Shown here in pieces: positions 39,723 to 49,327 of a DNA stretch of 64,000 nucleotides (position 1 is its first letter; every line of letters begins with the position of its first letter). Origin of the DNA: Alphaproteobacteria bacterium (GTDB lineage Bacteria > Pseudomonadota > Alphaproteobacteria > Rhizobiales > NORP267). The notes under the pieces are model-generated. The model did not search any database and was not told where the DNA came from. It worked only from the letters and a program-made list of their open reading frames with translations. A program made the translations under genes and the position numbers. The stretch covers positions 17,596-81,595 of the forward strand of contig JAQRMX010000026.1 of NCBI GenBank assembly GCA_028599125.1, read 5' to 3'.

Positions 39723-41156
39723 ATGGAGGACTGGGAAACATACAGCAAGCTGTCCGGTTCTGTTGTTATGCTCGGCTTCGGGTCTATCGGACGTGGTATG
39801 TTGCCGCTTTTGGAACGCCATCTTGATTTTGACATATCACGCATGGTTGTCATTGATCCTGATAGCACAAACCGATCTTTGCTTGATGAAAGGGGGATAC
39901 GTTTCATTCAGGAGCGTGTGACGCCGGATAATTTCAATTCTCTGTTGCCGCCGTTATTTGGTTTTGACGGGAAACAGGGTTTCTGTGTCAATTTGTCTGT
40001 TGATGTCTCTTCATTTGATCTTCTTAAATTGTGCCGCGGGATTGGTGTTTTCTACATCGATACTGTCCTTGAGCCATGGAAGGGCTTTTACTTTAATCGG
40101 GAAAGTGTGATGGCAGCTCGCACGAATTATTATCTGCGTGAAAGCCTTCTTTCTGAGAAAGCGAAGGTTCCAGATGGCGTGACAGCGCTTACCTGTTGCG
40201 GTGCTAATCCCGGTATGGTTTCGTGGTTTGTGAAGCAGGCTCTTGTGAACCTTTCCTCTGCTGTGACTGGTGATCTTTCTGAGCCGGGGACACGCAGTGA
40301 ATGGGCATTGCTGATGCGAAATTTGGCTGTAAAGGGAATTCACATTGCTGAGCGTGATACACAGCGTTCTGTTTTGCGTAAGCCTTTGGATACTTTTTGG
40401 AATACTTGGTCTGTTGATGGTTTTGTTTCTGAAGGCTTGCAGCCTGCTGAACTTGGTTGGGGGACGCATGAGAAATGGATGCCTGATTTTGCGCGCCGGC
40501 ATGACAGTGGCTGTCAGGCAGCGATTTATTTTGAGCAGCCCGGTGTATCGACGCAAGTGCGGACATGGTGTCCGACCCTTGGCAGCCAGTACGGCTTTCT
40601 TGTGACGCACAATGAGTCGATTTCGATTTCCGATTATTTTACCGTTAAAGAGGATGGGGTCGTTGTTTATCGGCCAACTTGTCATTATGCCTACCGTCCT
40701 TGCGATGATGCCTTGTTATCGTTGCATGAGCTTCTTGACCGGGGTGGCGAATTGCCCCCTTTTCATCATGTGCTTGATGAAAAGGAAATTATTGAAGGTC
40801 AGGATGAATTGGGTGTTTTATTATATGGCCATCAGAAAAATGCTTACTGGTACGGTTCACGCTTGACGATTGAACAGGCGCGCTCTCTTGCTCCTTATCA
40901 AAATGCAACAGCGCTTCAGGTTACCTCTGCGGTCCTAGCAGGTATGGTCTGGGTTATGGAAAATCCTTGCGCTGGCATTGTTGAGGCAGAGGAGACAGAT
41001 TACAAAAGATGCCTGGAGTTACAGAGGCCTTACCTTGGGGATGTCGGGGGTTATTATAGTGAATGGACTCCTTTGGAGGGGCGTTCTCTATTATTTCCGG
41101 ACAATAGTGATCCGAATGATCCTTGGCAGTTTCGGAATGTACTTGTACAGCGTTGA
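39723..41156 (+). CDS. hss: Homospermidine synthase
   Basis: 477 aa with an N-terminal Rossmann motif VVMLGFGSIGRGMLPLLERH and an overall length and pattern matching bacterial Hss. It sits immediately downstream of the ornithine decarboxylase gene. Confidence 0.8.
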   Translation: MEDWETYSKLSGSVVMLGFGSIGRGMLPLLERHLDFDISRMVVIDPDSTNRSLLDERGIRFIQERVTPDNFNSLLPPLFGFDGKQGFCVNLSVDVSSFDLLKLCRGIGVFYIDTVLEPWKGFYFNRESVMAARTNYYLRESLLSEKAKVPDGVTALTCCGANPGMVSWFVKQALVNLSSAVTGDLSEPGTRSEWALLMRNLAVKGIHIAERDTQRSVLRKPLDTFWNTWSVDGFVSEGLQPAELGWGTHEKWMPDFARRHDSGCQAAIYFEQPGVSTQVRTWCPTLGSQYGFLVTHNESISISDYFTVKEDGVVVYRPTCHYAYRPCDDALLSLHELLDRGGELPPFHHVLDEKEIIEGQDELGVLLYGHQKNAYWYGSRLTIEQARSLAPYQNATALQVTSAVLAGMVWVMENPCAGIVEAEETDYKRCLELQRPYLGDVGGYYSEWTPLEGRSLLFPDNSDPNDPWQFRNVLVQR

Positions 41157-41324
41157 TGATTGAAACGAATGATCAAATCGGGAAGGCAGGTTTAATATTT
41201 TCGGTTTTTCGCTTGATATCTGACTTGAACGTTTCCCTATCTGCCCGCATCTGTTCTTCTTTCTCGCCTTGCTCCTTAGGAGGGGGTTGCTCTATCTGGT
41301 TGAGCCACGGGGTCGCCCCTTGTT

Positions 41325-42796
41325 TTATGAGGGAATCGGCTGGTGAAGCAAAGAGTAGAAATCTCTGGGAAGCAAACTGGGAAGCAGATCAGACAGCTTT
41401 CTCTCCTCTTTAGTCTCCAAAGCTTTGTCCCGCTTTACGGACGGCCCGAAGCATCTCGGTCGCGATTTTTCCTTCATGATCTTGTTGAATTTGCGAACCT
41501 GCGGCAAGATCGGCGTCCCTCGCTTGCCAAATGTTTCAGACGCCTGTTTAAGATCGCTGTAGAAGGTCCAAGTTCCGTAGTCGTTCAGGGGAAGCTCGTT
41601 AGGGTGTACTCGGCTGAACCGTTGACTAAAATTCGAGTAGTTGAATGAGGCAAGTATCTCTGAAGCGTTCTTATCGGGATGAGCATTGGCAAATCCACGC
41701 GCCACTCCTTTGGCGGCTAAAGCAAATTTTCGGTAGAGCCGCGAAATCGTTCTGTCTCTCACGTAGAGAAGTTTTCCGTCGAAACGGAAGCCTAACTACT
41801 CGAAGCCGTTCTGCCCTGCGCTCCTCTCACCTGCTCAAACGCCAACTCGTCGCCTGACCTAAGAAACCGTACAATAGAAGTCTTAGCTTCTTTGATCTGG
41901 ATTGCCTTCGCATATTTCTTGATTTCATCTACCGCGACCGCATCTGCTTCAACCTCCCGGCACAATCAATAGAATGTCGTCTGAGTAACGCATGTACCGC
42001 CCGCCTCTTGATTTCGCTTTAATGAAGCCGTGTATCCTTCCAGGATATACGTTGATGACAGCGTTTCAGATAAGGAGCAAGCGCCGCAAGAAAGCATTTC
42101 GGAGAAATTGTATTTTGTGTGCATTTGTGCATTCATTGAGGTCTTTGCATTAACGTGCCTGGCTGTTGCGGCCGTTCGTCCAATCACTCATTTTCTGCAA
42201 TGCGATCCACCAAAGCAGAAGTCCACGCTTCTGAAAGCTTTGAGGATTGATGTACGGAATTTTTATATCTTTCAGGAATGGAGATAAGCACGGAGGACAG
42301 CCGAAGGTCTAATATATTATATTTTGCTGCAAGCTTGAAATAGTGGCCAGCTAGCGACTTCTCTTTCTTGCTGCCATTGTCGTTTTGATTTATAATAGCT
42401 GGCAAACACAAGTCTAGAACTTAAAGCGCAACCCATCCTTCTCATAACGGTTTAAAAAGTACAAAATGCAGTTGAGCAAGCATTTGTTCCATGAACTGAA
42501 ACGCGCGAAATGTGTCAACAAAGTCGTACGGAAGATCAACCTATACTGTTCCCCTTTCAAAACATCTCAAACACTCCTTGAAATGAAGCGATGTAGAAAG
42601 TTCGTTCTTTTTACTGATTCGGTATGTTCCATACGCTCTGATCTCTCTAAAATTCCGACCTGAATCTTTTTTTCATGATTTCTTTGATCTGGTCAAAGCA
42701 GGCCGCTTTTCCGTGAAGATGATTTAGGGAATAATTTGTAAAAATCTGCTCAGTTTTCAGGTTTTCTTCCGCCTTACGCCTGCGCTTACGTTGTTT
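41325..42796 (-). pseudogene. Degraded stand-alone reverse transcriptase gene with at least six frameshifts or in-frame stops
   Basis: Hand translation of the minus strand, switching frames, gives in order: EQIFTNYSLNHLHGKAACFDQIKE; FREIRAYGTYRISKKNE; GEQYRLIF; AKYNILDLRLSSVLISIPERY; GACSLSETLSSTYILEGY; GRYMRYSDDILLIVPGG (YSDD codons at 41976-41987); EVEADAVAVDEIKKYAKAIQIKEAKTSIVRF; LGFRFDGKLLYVRDRTISRLYRKF. This order matches RT motifs 1-7. The pieces lie in different frames and are separated by stop codons. Confidence 0.6.
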
Positions 42797-43149
42797 CTAG
42801 AGGGTTTTGAGATAGTTGGAGAATCACCGAGAACCCGGGTTCCCCTTCACTGTGTTCCTGCTAAGTTCTGTGTGTTGCTGAATTGTTCTTTTGGAACAGC
42901 AGATGCCTGATCTGTTACTGCTCACCTTATCAGAAAGGAACATAATGATCTGCTTGCAATGCTACACTGCTGAAGCGGCGTTTTGCGCATTTATTTGCGA
43001 CGTACAAGCTCATGTTTTAGCCTCAAAGCACTCAAAGATGTACGAATTTTGGACAGGTTTTGTCCGAGATTTCAGCCGGCATCGGCATGCACTCTGGTGT
43101 CAGTTTTTACAAGTTTCTACGCAAAGCTTTGTAAATAAAAAATTTTTAG

Positions 43150-43196
43150 TGTTCGCGGCAGAATTCGAACCTGCAACCTGTCCCTTAGAAGGGAAC
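43150..43196 (-). pseudogene. 3' fragment of a tRNA-Arg (anticodon UCU): anticodon arm, variable loop, T arm and 3' acceptor strand only
   Basis: The reverse complement is GTTCC-CTTCTAA-GGGAC-AGGTT-GCAGG-TTCGAAT-TCTGC-CGCGAAC-A. No matching 5' acceptor strand (GTTCGCG) or D arm is present upstream, and no CCA is encoded. Confidence 0.6.
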
Positions 43197-43245
43197 TGAT
43201 TGCGCCAGGAGCTTACACCTGTATATTGTACGGTTTCACAGAAGA

Positions 43246-43261
43246 AACTGAAGCTTCAGTT
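43246..43261. repeat. Perfect 16 bp palindrome AACTGAAGCTTCAGTT
   Basis: Read directly from the sequence. It lies 50 bp from the tRNA-Arg fragment in non-coding DNA. Confidence 0.85.
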
Positions 43262-43751
43262 CGTAGAAAAATTGAAAAAGAAATTCGGAAACAGTTTTTT
43301 AAGTTAGTCAAAAAGAAAACTGATCAGCTGGAGAAGGAAACTATCTCTTGTTTTTCTATAAGTTGGATTGGGCTGCGTTTTAAAGAATTTTGTAAAATTA
43401 ATCTCCCGATTTCAACGGCATGCCATAAGGCAGCAGTCTCGCTATTTATTGACAGGATTCATAGTGATGACCTGTTTATGTCAAAAACTGACAGAAGAAA
43501 AGGAAGGTAATTGTCTTTCTATCTATGTTTTTTAAGGATAAGGGTCGCTGCTTCTCCGGACCCCTAGGTAGGATGTCATGCTTGTTTTGTGATATGATCG
43601 GGTATAGGAGTCTGCTGATTATCTGAAGTTAGTGCAGGAAAGAGGAAGGGTTCTCTTGCCCTCTCCTGTGTTTCTTTTATTCTGTCGGGTGTATTTGGTG
43701 CAGGAGGAAAGTCTTGAGGTGGCAAAGTGGGGCCTGGGAAAGAGAGGCTGA

Positions 43752-44822
43752 ATGAGCAAGATTACGTTGCGGCAATTGCTTGATCATGCAGCTGAGCATG
43801 ATTACGGCGTGCCGGCTTTCAATATGAGTAATATGGAGCAGGCGATGGCGATCATGGCCGCAGCTAACGAGGTTGATGCACCTGTTATCATTCAAGTGAG
43901 TCGCGGTGCCCGCGCTTATGCCACTGACGTGATGCTTGAACATATGATTGCTGGGCTTTCTAGGCTTTACCCGAATATTCCGGTTTGTATTCATCTTGAT
44001 CACGGCAATACGCCACGCACCTGTGTTACTGCTATTCAGGCTGGTTTTACTTCTGTGATGATGGACGGTTCCTTACAGGAGGATGGTAAGACGCCGACTT
44101 GCTGGGATGAGAATGTTAAAGTAACAAGAAAAGTCGTTGATATTGCACATCTATTTGGCGTTTCAGTAGAGGGTGAACTTGGCGTTTTGGGTAGCCTGGT
44201 AACGGGGGCAGGAGAGACAGAGGATGGTCATGGTGCTGAAGGCGTATTAAGACGAGACCAGCTTCTGACAGACTCGGATGAGGCCGTGACTTTTGTTCAA
44301 GAAACCGGCGTTGACGCTCTAGCCATTGCGATGGGCACAAGCCACGGTGCGTACAAGTTCGACCGAGAACCGGATGGCGCAATTCTGGCCATGCAGGTTG
44401 TTGAGGATATTCATCGCAAATTACCAAATACGCATTTGGTAATGCATGGCTCTTCTTCAGTTCCACAGGATTTGCAGGATGTTATCAATCAGTATGGTGG
44501 TCAGATGTTGCAGACCTGGGGCGTTCCTGTTGAGGAGATTCAGCGGGGTATTCGTTTCGGTGTGCGGAAGATTAATATTGATACAGATAATCGTATGGCC
44601 ATGTCCGGACAGATTCGTCGCATATTGTACCAGCATCCCGGTGAATTGGATCCCCGTAAATATCTCCTTCCGGCGCGTGAAGCGATGACTAGATTGTGCA
44701 CGCAGAGACTTGAAGAATTCAGTACAGCAGGAAAGGGCTCAAAGATCAGGAAGATATTTACCCTGAACGAAATGGCTGAGCGTTATGTTTCCGGTATCTC
44801 CGGTCCCTATCTGTCCTGTTGA
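43752..44822 (+). CDS. fba: Fructose-bisphosphate aldolase, class II (CbbA/Fba type)
   Basis: 356 aa with LLDHAAEHDYGVPAFN, IHLDHG, MMDGS and the HG.YKF pattern. Confidence 0.9.
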   Translation: MSKITLRQLLDHAAEHDYGVPAFNMSNMEQAMAIMAAANEVDAPVIIQVSRGARAYATDVMLEHMIAGLSRLYPNIPVCIHLDHGNTPRTCVTAIQAGFTSVMMDGSLQEDGKTPTCWDENVKVTRKVVDIAHLFGVSVEGELGVLGSLVTGAGETEDGHGAEGVLRRDQLLTDSDEAVTFVQETGVDALAIAMGTSHGAYKFDREPDGAILAMQVVEDIHRKLPNTHLVMHGSSSVPQDLQDVINQYGGQMLQTWGVPVEEIQRGIRFGVRKINIDTDNRMAMSGQIRRILYQHPGELDPRKYLLPAREAMTRLCTQRLEEFSTAGKGSKIRKIFTLNEMAERYVSGISGPYLSC

Positions 44823-45155
44823 TTTTCATTTGTTTCTGGGTGTTTCATTTTCGTCTTTTCTGTTTCGGTGCTTTTGGGTTTCTTGATTTATTTCACTTCA
44901 TTGCTCATCCTTTCGTTGAGGATCCGCTATAGGCTGTCGCGTCTTGGGAAGGACGTTATGGCGGCACTTTTTTATGGTCGTGGATTGTTTGTTTCAGTAT
45001 CCGGAGGAGAAAAGGAAGTTGCCTTCTCTGTTTACGGGGGGATATGATTTTGGGTGTTTTTTTATTTTTGTCTGTTTTTATGTTTATCCTTTTATGAAGG
45101 ATCAGAAGGGATCGGGCGGAAATAAAATTTCAGTTTTTTTGTGCACTCTTCTTAT

Positions 45156-45187
45156 AACTATCTAGATTATCAACTATCTAGATTATC
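45156..45187. repeat. Perfect tandem direct repeat, 2 x 16 bp (AACTATCTAGATTATC)
   Basis: Read directly from the sequence. Each unit contains the palindrome TCTAGA. It lies 62 bp upstream of the tRNA-Met/Ile2 gene. Confidence 0.9.
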
Positions 45188-45248
45188 TGTTTCTTCACTA
45201 TCGGGAAGGATATAGTGTAAAGTCTCGTTTGTTATCGTTGATAAAATC

Positions 45249-45325
45249 GGGTCTGTAGCTCAATTGGTTAGAGCTGGCCGCTCATAACGGTCAGGTTGCA
45301 GGTTCGAGTCCTGCCAGACCCACCA
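45249..45325 (+). tRNA. tRNA with anticodon CAU (elongator Met, or Ile2 if lysidine-modified)
   Basis: GGGTCTGTAGCTCAATTGGTTAGAGCTGGCCGCTCATAACGGTCAGGTTGCAGGTTCGAGTCCTGCCAGACCCACCA folds as a full cloverleaf. Position 1:72 is paired, so it is not an initiator. Confidence 0.85.
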
Positions 45326-45871
45326 TTTTTTTCTCTGGCTTTTTTTAAAATTGAGTCTGGTCCTGGTTTGCATCCGGAGACTCGGCTTTTTTTGTTTTTG
45401 ATTGCGTATATTTTGGTTGTATATGGTGCGTGCGGAGGAGGTTACGGGAGGGAATGGAGCCCCCCTTTAGCTTTGCGTCCTGCTCCGATAGCCCTCTGTT
45501 TTTTTGTCGGAGCCATATTTTATAATGGATTTGCCAGCCAGTTCACATCCTGCAGGATTCGTTGTGCTTTCCGGAGCATAAATGCTCCCGATCTTCCAGT
45601 TGAAATCTGCTCCTGAATTTTTGTTACTCCGCAGCGTAGCTAAAGGGAATCAATGCAAAAGGAGGCGAAACAATACTTAGTCCGTCAAGTATCATGAGAG
45701 GAGAAGCTCACAGTTTTTACAAAAAAAGAGCTACTGAGAAAAAGCAAGTGCTCGATCATTGGAAGAAGAGATCACAGCAACAGAGGAGGTGATTCATGAA
45801 GGAAAAAAACAGGAAAGGAATATGCCAGATCCAAGGGCAGGGTCTTTACAAGATAAAGAAAAGGGTCGTCT

Positions 45872-46108
45872 CTATATTCTCTGTCCCCCTAGGATACCCC
45901 CTGAGCCCGTTCCTTCCCTTTGGGCGCGCTTCCGGGCAAGCTTCCGAGCACGCCGAATGGCTTCAGCTCTTTCACGGGCCTTTTTCTCAGATGGCTTCTC
46001 GTAATGACCCCGAAGCTTCATCTCACGAAAGATTCCCTCACGCTGCATCTTTTTCTTCAATGCACGCAATGCTTGGTCAATATTGTTGTCTCTTACTAAA
46101 ATTTGCAA
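45872..46108 (-). CDS. rpsU: 30S ribosomal protein S21
   Basis: [46 protein letters not shown] is the canonical S21 sequence. Confidence 0.9.
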   Translation of the reverse strand: MQILVRDNNIDQALRALKKKMQREGIFREMKLRGHYEKPSEKKARERAEAIRRARKLARKRAQREGTGSGGILGGQRI

Positions 46109-46242
46109 AGCAACGACCCCATTTTAAGCTTTGAACCTAAAGACATCCCTACTTAAAAGTAGAAGCTCTCTCTCTACGATCTTAGCAAGACTTTACTTTC
46201 TTGTCTACCATAACGACCTGTGCGGACCGAGAGAGTGATGTG

Positions 46243-47358
46243 TTAGCCGGAAGAGAAGGGTTTCAAATAATTGACGTGACCCATTTTCCGAAGAGGGCGC
46301 ACCTCTGTTTTTCCATATATGTGGACAGCAGAATGGGGGCTGGTGAGTATATTCTGCCAGTTTTCTACTTCCGTTCCTATTAGATTTTCCATAACAACAT
46401 CGCTATGTCGTTTCGGATCAGAAAGTGGCCATCCCATGATCGCGCGTATATGTTGTTTAAATTGGCTGGTGGAGCAGGCCTCCATCGTCCAGTGGCCGGA
46501 ATTGTGGACACGAGGTGCAATTTCATTGACGATGAGCTTTTCGCCCTCAGGGCTTTCTTGTACAAACATCTCAATGGCGATTACGCCAACATAATTCAGT
46601 GCTGTTGCGATGATTCTTCCGATATGTTCTGCTTTTTCGTTAAGGTTGGAACTGATCCGAGCGGGGACACGTGAACGTCTTAGTATCTGCTCCTGATGCT
46701 CATTTTCCGGAAGATCATAGGTCCTGATACTCCCATCCTTTCCTCTAGCAGAGAGGAGTGAGATTTCTTTGCTGAATGGGATGAAACATTCCAAAATGGC
46801 GGGCTGTTGTTTTATGCGGTTCCATGCCGTGCTGATCTGATCATGATTTGTGATGATGGACTGCCCTTTTCCGTCATACCCCGAGCGGCGCGTTTTGATA
46901 ATAGCAGGAAGACCAGTCTGAGTGAGGGCATGGGAAATGTCTTTTTCGTTGTCAACGGGATAGAAAGGCAGGACGGGAAGGCCGAGGTCTCTTATAAATT
47001 CTTTTTCCTGCAGTCTGTCCTGCGTGATTTTGAGTGTGTCTATTCCCGGGCATATGGACGTGTACCGGGAGAGTATGCGGAGGCTATCCAGAGGAATATT
47101 TTCTGACTCATAGGTGATAACGCAGCACTGGCGGGCAAATCTGGTGAGTTCTGCTTCATCATCATAAGGTGCAATTGTACGATAAGGGGAAACATCTAGT
47201 GCGGGAGAGTCAGAATACGGGGTATAAATATGACACTTCAGGCCCATTTCTGCGGCTGCCAGCACCAGCATACGACCGAGCTGTCCCCCTCCCAAAATAC
47301 CAATTTTACTGCCGAAATCAGCTTCTTTCGTGTCTCGGGTTCTGTCTTTTGTGATCAC
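46243..47358 (-). CDS. purK: N5-carboxyaminoimidazole ribonucleotide synthase
   Basis: 371 aa with [12 protein letters not shown] and an ATP-grasp core. It overlaps purE by 4 nt. Confidence 0.9.
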   Translation of the reverse strand: MITKDRTRDTKEADFGSKIGILGGGQLGRMLVLAAAEMGLKCHIYTPYSDSPALDVSPYRTIAPYDDEAELTRFARQCCVITYESENIPLDSLRILSRYTSICPGIDTLKITQDRLQEKEFIRDLGLPVLPFYPVDNEKDISHALTQTGLPAIIKTRRSGYDGKGQSIITNHDQISTAWNRIKQQPAILECFIPFSKEISLLSARGKDGSIRTYDLPENEHQEQILRRSRVPARISSNLNEKAEHIGRIIATALNYVGVIAIEMFVQESPEGEKLIVNEIAPRVHNSGHWTMEACSTSQFKQHIRAIMGWPLSDPKRHSDVVMENLIGTEVENWQNILTSPHSAVHIYGKTEVRPLRKMGHVNYLKPFSSG

Positions 47359-47873
47359 TTATCTGTGTCGGGGTGCATTGCGACGGCGTCACTTTGCGCC
47401 TGACGCCAGGCCGCGAGTCTTTGAGCGAGTTCATCATCGTTCAGTGCTAATATAGCGGCGCTCAGAAGAGCGGCGTTAATTGCACCCGTTTTACCGATAG
47501 CCATGGTCCCGACAGGGGCACCGCACGGCATTTGCACGATAGAAAGAAGGCTGTCTTGAACAAGTGGGCCTGAAGGAACCGGTACGCCGAAAACAGGCAA
47601 AGGGGTGAGAGCTGCTGTCATACCAGGAAGATGTGCTGCGCCGCCGGCACCGGCGATAACGATCTTGAAGCCTCTGTCTTTAGCGCCTTTGGCGAAGGCA
47701 TAAAGACGATCAGGCGTGCGATGGGCCGAGATAATTTTAACATCACAAGGAACCTGAAGGGCATCAAGCATACCAACGGTATGTTCCATGATCGGCCAGT
47801 CAGACTGACTCCCCATAATCACGGCAACATGAGCTGCAGCTCTTATTCCTTCGCCCTTGCCCTGTGAATCCAT
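47355..47873 (-). CDS. purE: N5-carboxyaminoimidazole ribonucleotide mutase
   Basis: It has [18 protein letters not shown] and [11 protein letters not shown] preferred the ATG at 47873 over the upstream extension to 47981. Confidence 0.9.
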   Translation of the reverse strand: MDSQGKGEGIRAAAHVAVIMGSQSDWPIMEHTVGMLDALQVPCDVKIISAHRTPDRLYAFAKGAKDRGFKIVIAGAGGAAHLPGMTAALTPLPVFGVPVPSGPLVQDSLLSIVQMPCGAPVGTMAIGKTGAINAALLSAAILALNDDELAQRLAAWRQAQSDAVAMHPDTDK

Positions 47874-48607
47874 AAAACCTCTCCTGATTATGTTGTCAGA
47901 CAACCTGCTATAAAAGAGAAACGATTTTCCAACATCAGACAGAATCAAAAATTCCAGAACATGTATGCCTGAACAGTACAAATCTCTATAATCAGCTTAC
48001 CTATCATAGAGAAGTGTGGAACGTGAATCAAGAGCTTTACCCTTTCTACTGAAGGAACGCTGAGGCTATCAGAAAATATCAGGGATATGATTTTTTCAGT
48101 CCAGCTGCTTATGAGGTCCAGCTGTTTATCAGATTTACAATTTTAGTGAAGGAGGTGTGATTTTGTTTCCCATTTTGGGAAATGGGTCTTTGTCGGGTCT
48201 TTTCAAAAGGCTCAAAATTCTTCAAACTGAACGATGATGAACAGGGGGGAGCAGAGATGTTGAAATGTCCTGATCTAAGCAGAAGGAGGTTCAGATGTTG
48301 GGTCTCAATGATTTTTCTTCTTTGGTGCGGAAGCCTTTCATGTCGAAGCGTGAAATGGACCGGGAAAATTGTAAGATTTTCAGAAATAGGGTGCAGATAA
48401 GGAACAAAAAGAAGTGCAGACTCCTCGTGAAAGACAGCTTTCATGGTACATTTTTCTGCGAATGAGAATGATTATGAAAGATAAGCCCCCTTTCTTTCTT
48501 TCACCAGGCGAAACACTTTCGTGAAGGGAAGCATCAGGAACGGTTCATCTATTGTGATGTCCTTTCTGATTTCTTCCTTTGCCGCCTTCATTCATATCTG
48601 ATGCTAC

Positions 48608-49327
48608 TTACTCACCGTTTCCTTGAGGATCGGCAGGCACAGGCTCTGCATCCTGATCTCCTGTTTTCTCAAACTTCCATTTCAGGTCCTCCTCTTTTTT
48701 ATTTTTAGCGTTCTCATTTGCAAAAATCGTTTTTTCGGTTGGCAGTAAAGTCTCTCCATTGACCCCGGTCTCAACCTCAACCGCGACTTTTTCCTTGTCA
48801 CTATTTTTCAGAATTTTTTCTACTTCCGTATCCAGTTCTCTTTGGGTGCACAAGCCGAGTGTTACCGGGTCATGAGGTTGCAGATTAGGTGAATTCCAGT
48901 GATTCCGACTTCGGATAGACTGAATGGTCGTCTTTGTGGTTCCTATCAAGCGGATGATTTGGGCCTCTTTTAACCCAGGCCAGTTACGTAATAGCCATAA
49001 GATCGCGTTAGGGCGGTCTTGACGACGGGAGAGTGGTGTGTAGCGATGACCGCGTTTTGTTTTTTTATCAAGCATTTCAGATCTGAGAGGCGTGAGATGA
49101 AGCTTGTAATTCGGGTCCTTTTGTGCCCTTTCAATCTCTTGTCTCATTAGCTGTCCGTTAGTAATCGGATCAAGACCACGAATACCCTGCGCGACCTCTC
49201 CATCTGCAATACCTTTGATTTCCAGCGGGTGCATGCTGCAAAAGGTTGCAATTTGTTCAAAAGTGAGTGATGTATTGTCAACGAGCCACACGGCTGTCGC
49301 CTTGCGCATTAACGGTGTTCCTACCAT
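48608..49327 (-). CDS. DUF1013 family protein (TrcR-like cell-cycle transcriptional regulator family of Alphaproteobacteria)
   Basis: The N-terminus PLMRKATAVWLVDNTSLTFEQIATFCSMHPLEIKGIADGEVAQGIRGLDPITNGQL matches the conserved DUF1013 pattern as I recall it. Confidence 0.7.
   Translation of the reverse strand: MVGTPLMRKATAVWLVDNTSLTFEQIATFCSMHPLEIKGIADGEVAQGIRGLDPITNGQLMRQEIERAQKDPNYKLHLTPLRSEMLDKKTKRGHRYTPLSRRQDRPNAILWLLRNWPGLKEAQIIRLIGTTKTTIQSIRSRNHWNSPNLQPHDPVTLGLCTQRELDTEVEKILKNSDKEKVAVEVETGVNGETLLPTEKTIFANENAKNKKEEDLKWKFEKTGDQDAEPVPADPQGNGE

Noticed and set aside
43150-43196. First reading of the tRNA fragment's anticodon loop as CUA, an amber suppressor.
   Set aside because: Re-registering the stem as GTTCC/GGGAC gives a standard 7 nt loop CTTCTAA with U33 and A37 and anticodon UCU (Arg). 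The suppressor reading required a 4 bp stem.
42466-43510. Plus-strand ORFs 42466..42663, 42891..43199 and 43226..43510 as island cargo genes.
   Set aside because: They lack ribosome-binding sites and motifs. The first lies antisense to the N-terminal part of the RT remnant and the second lies antisense to the RT upstream region and overlaps the tRNA fragment. Their composition is typical of random frames.
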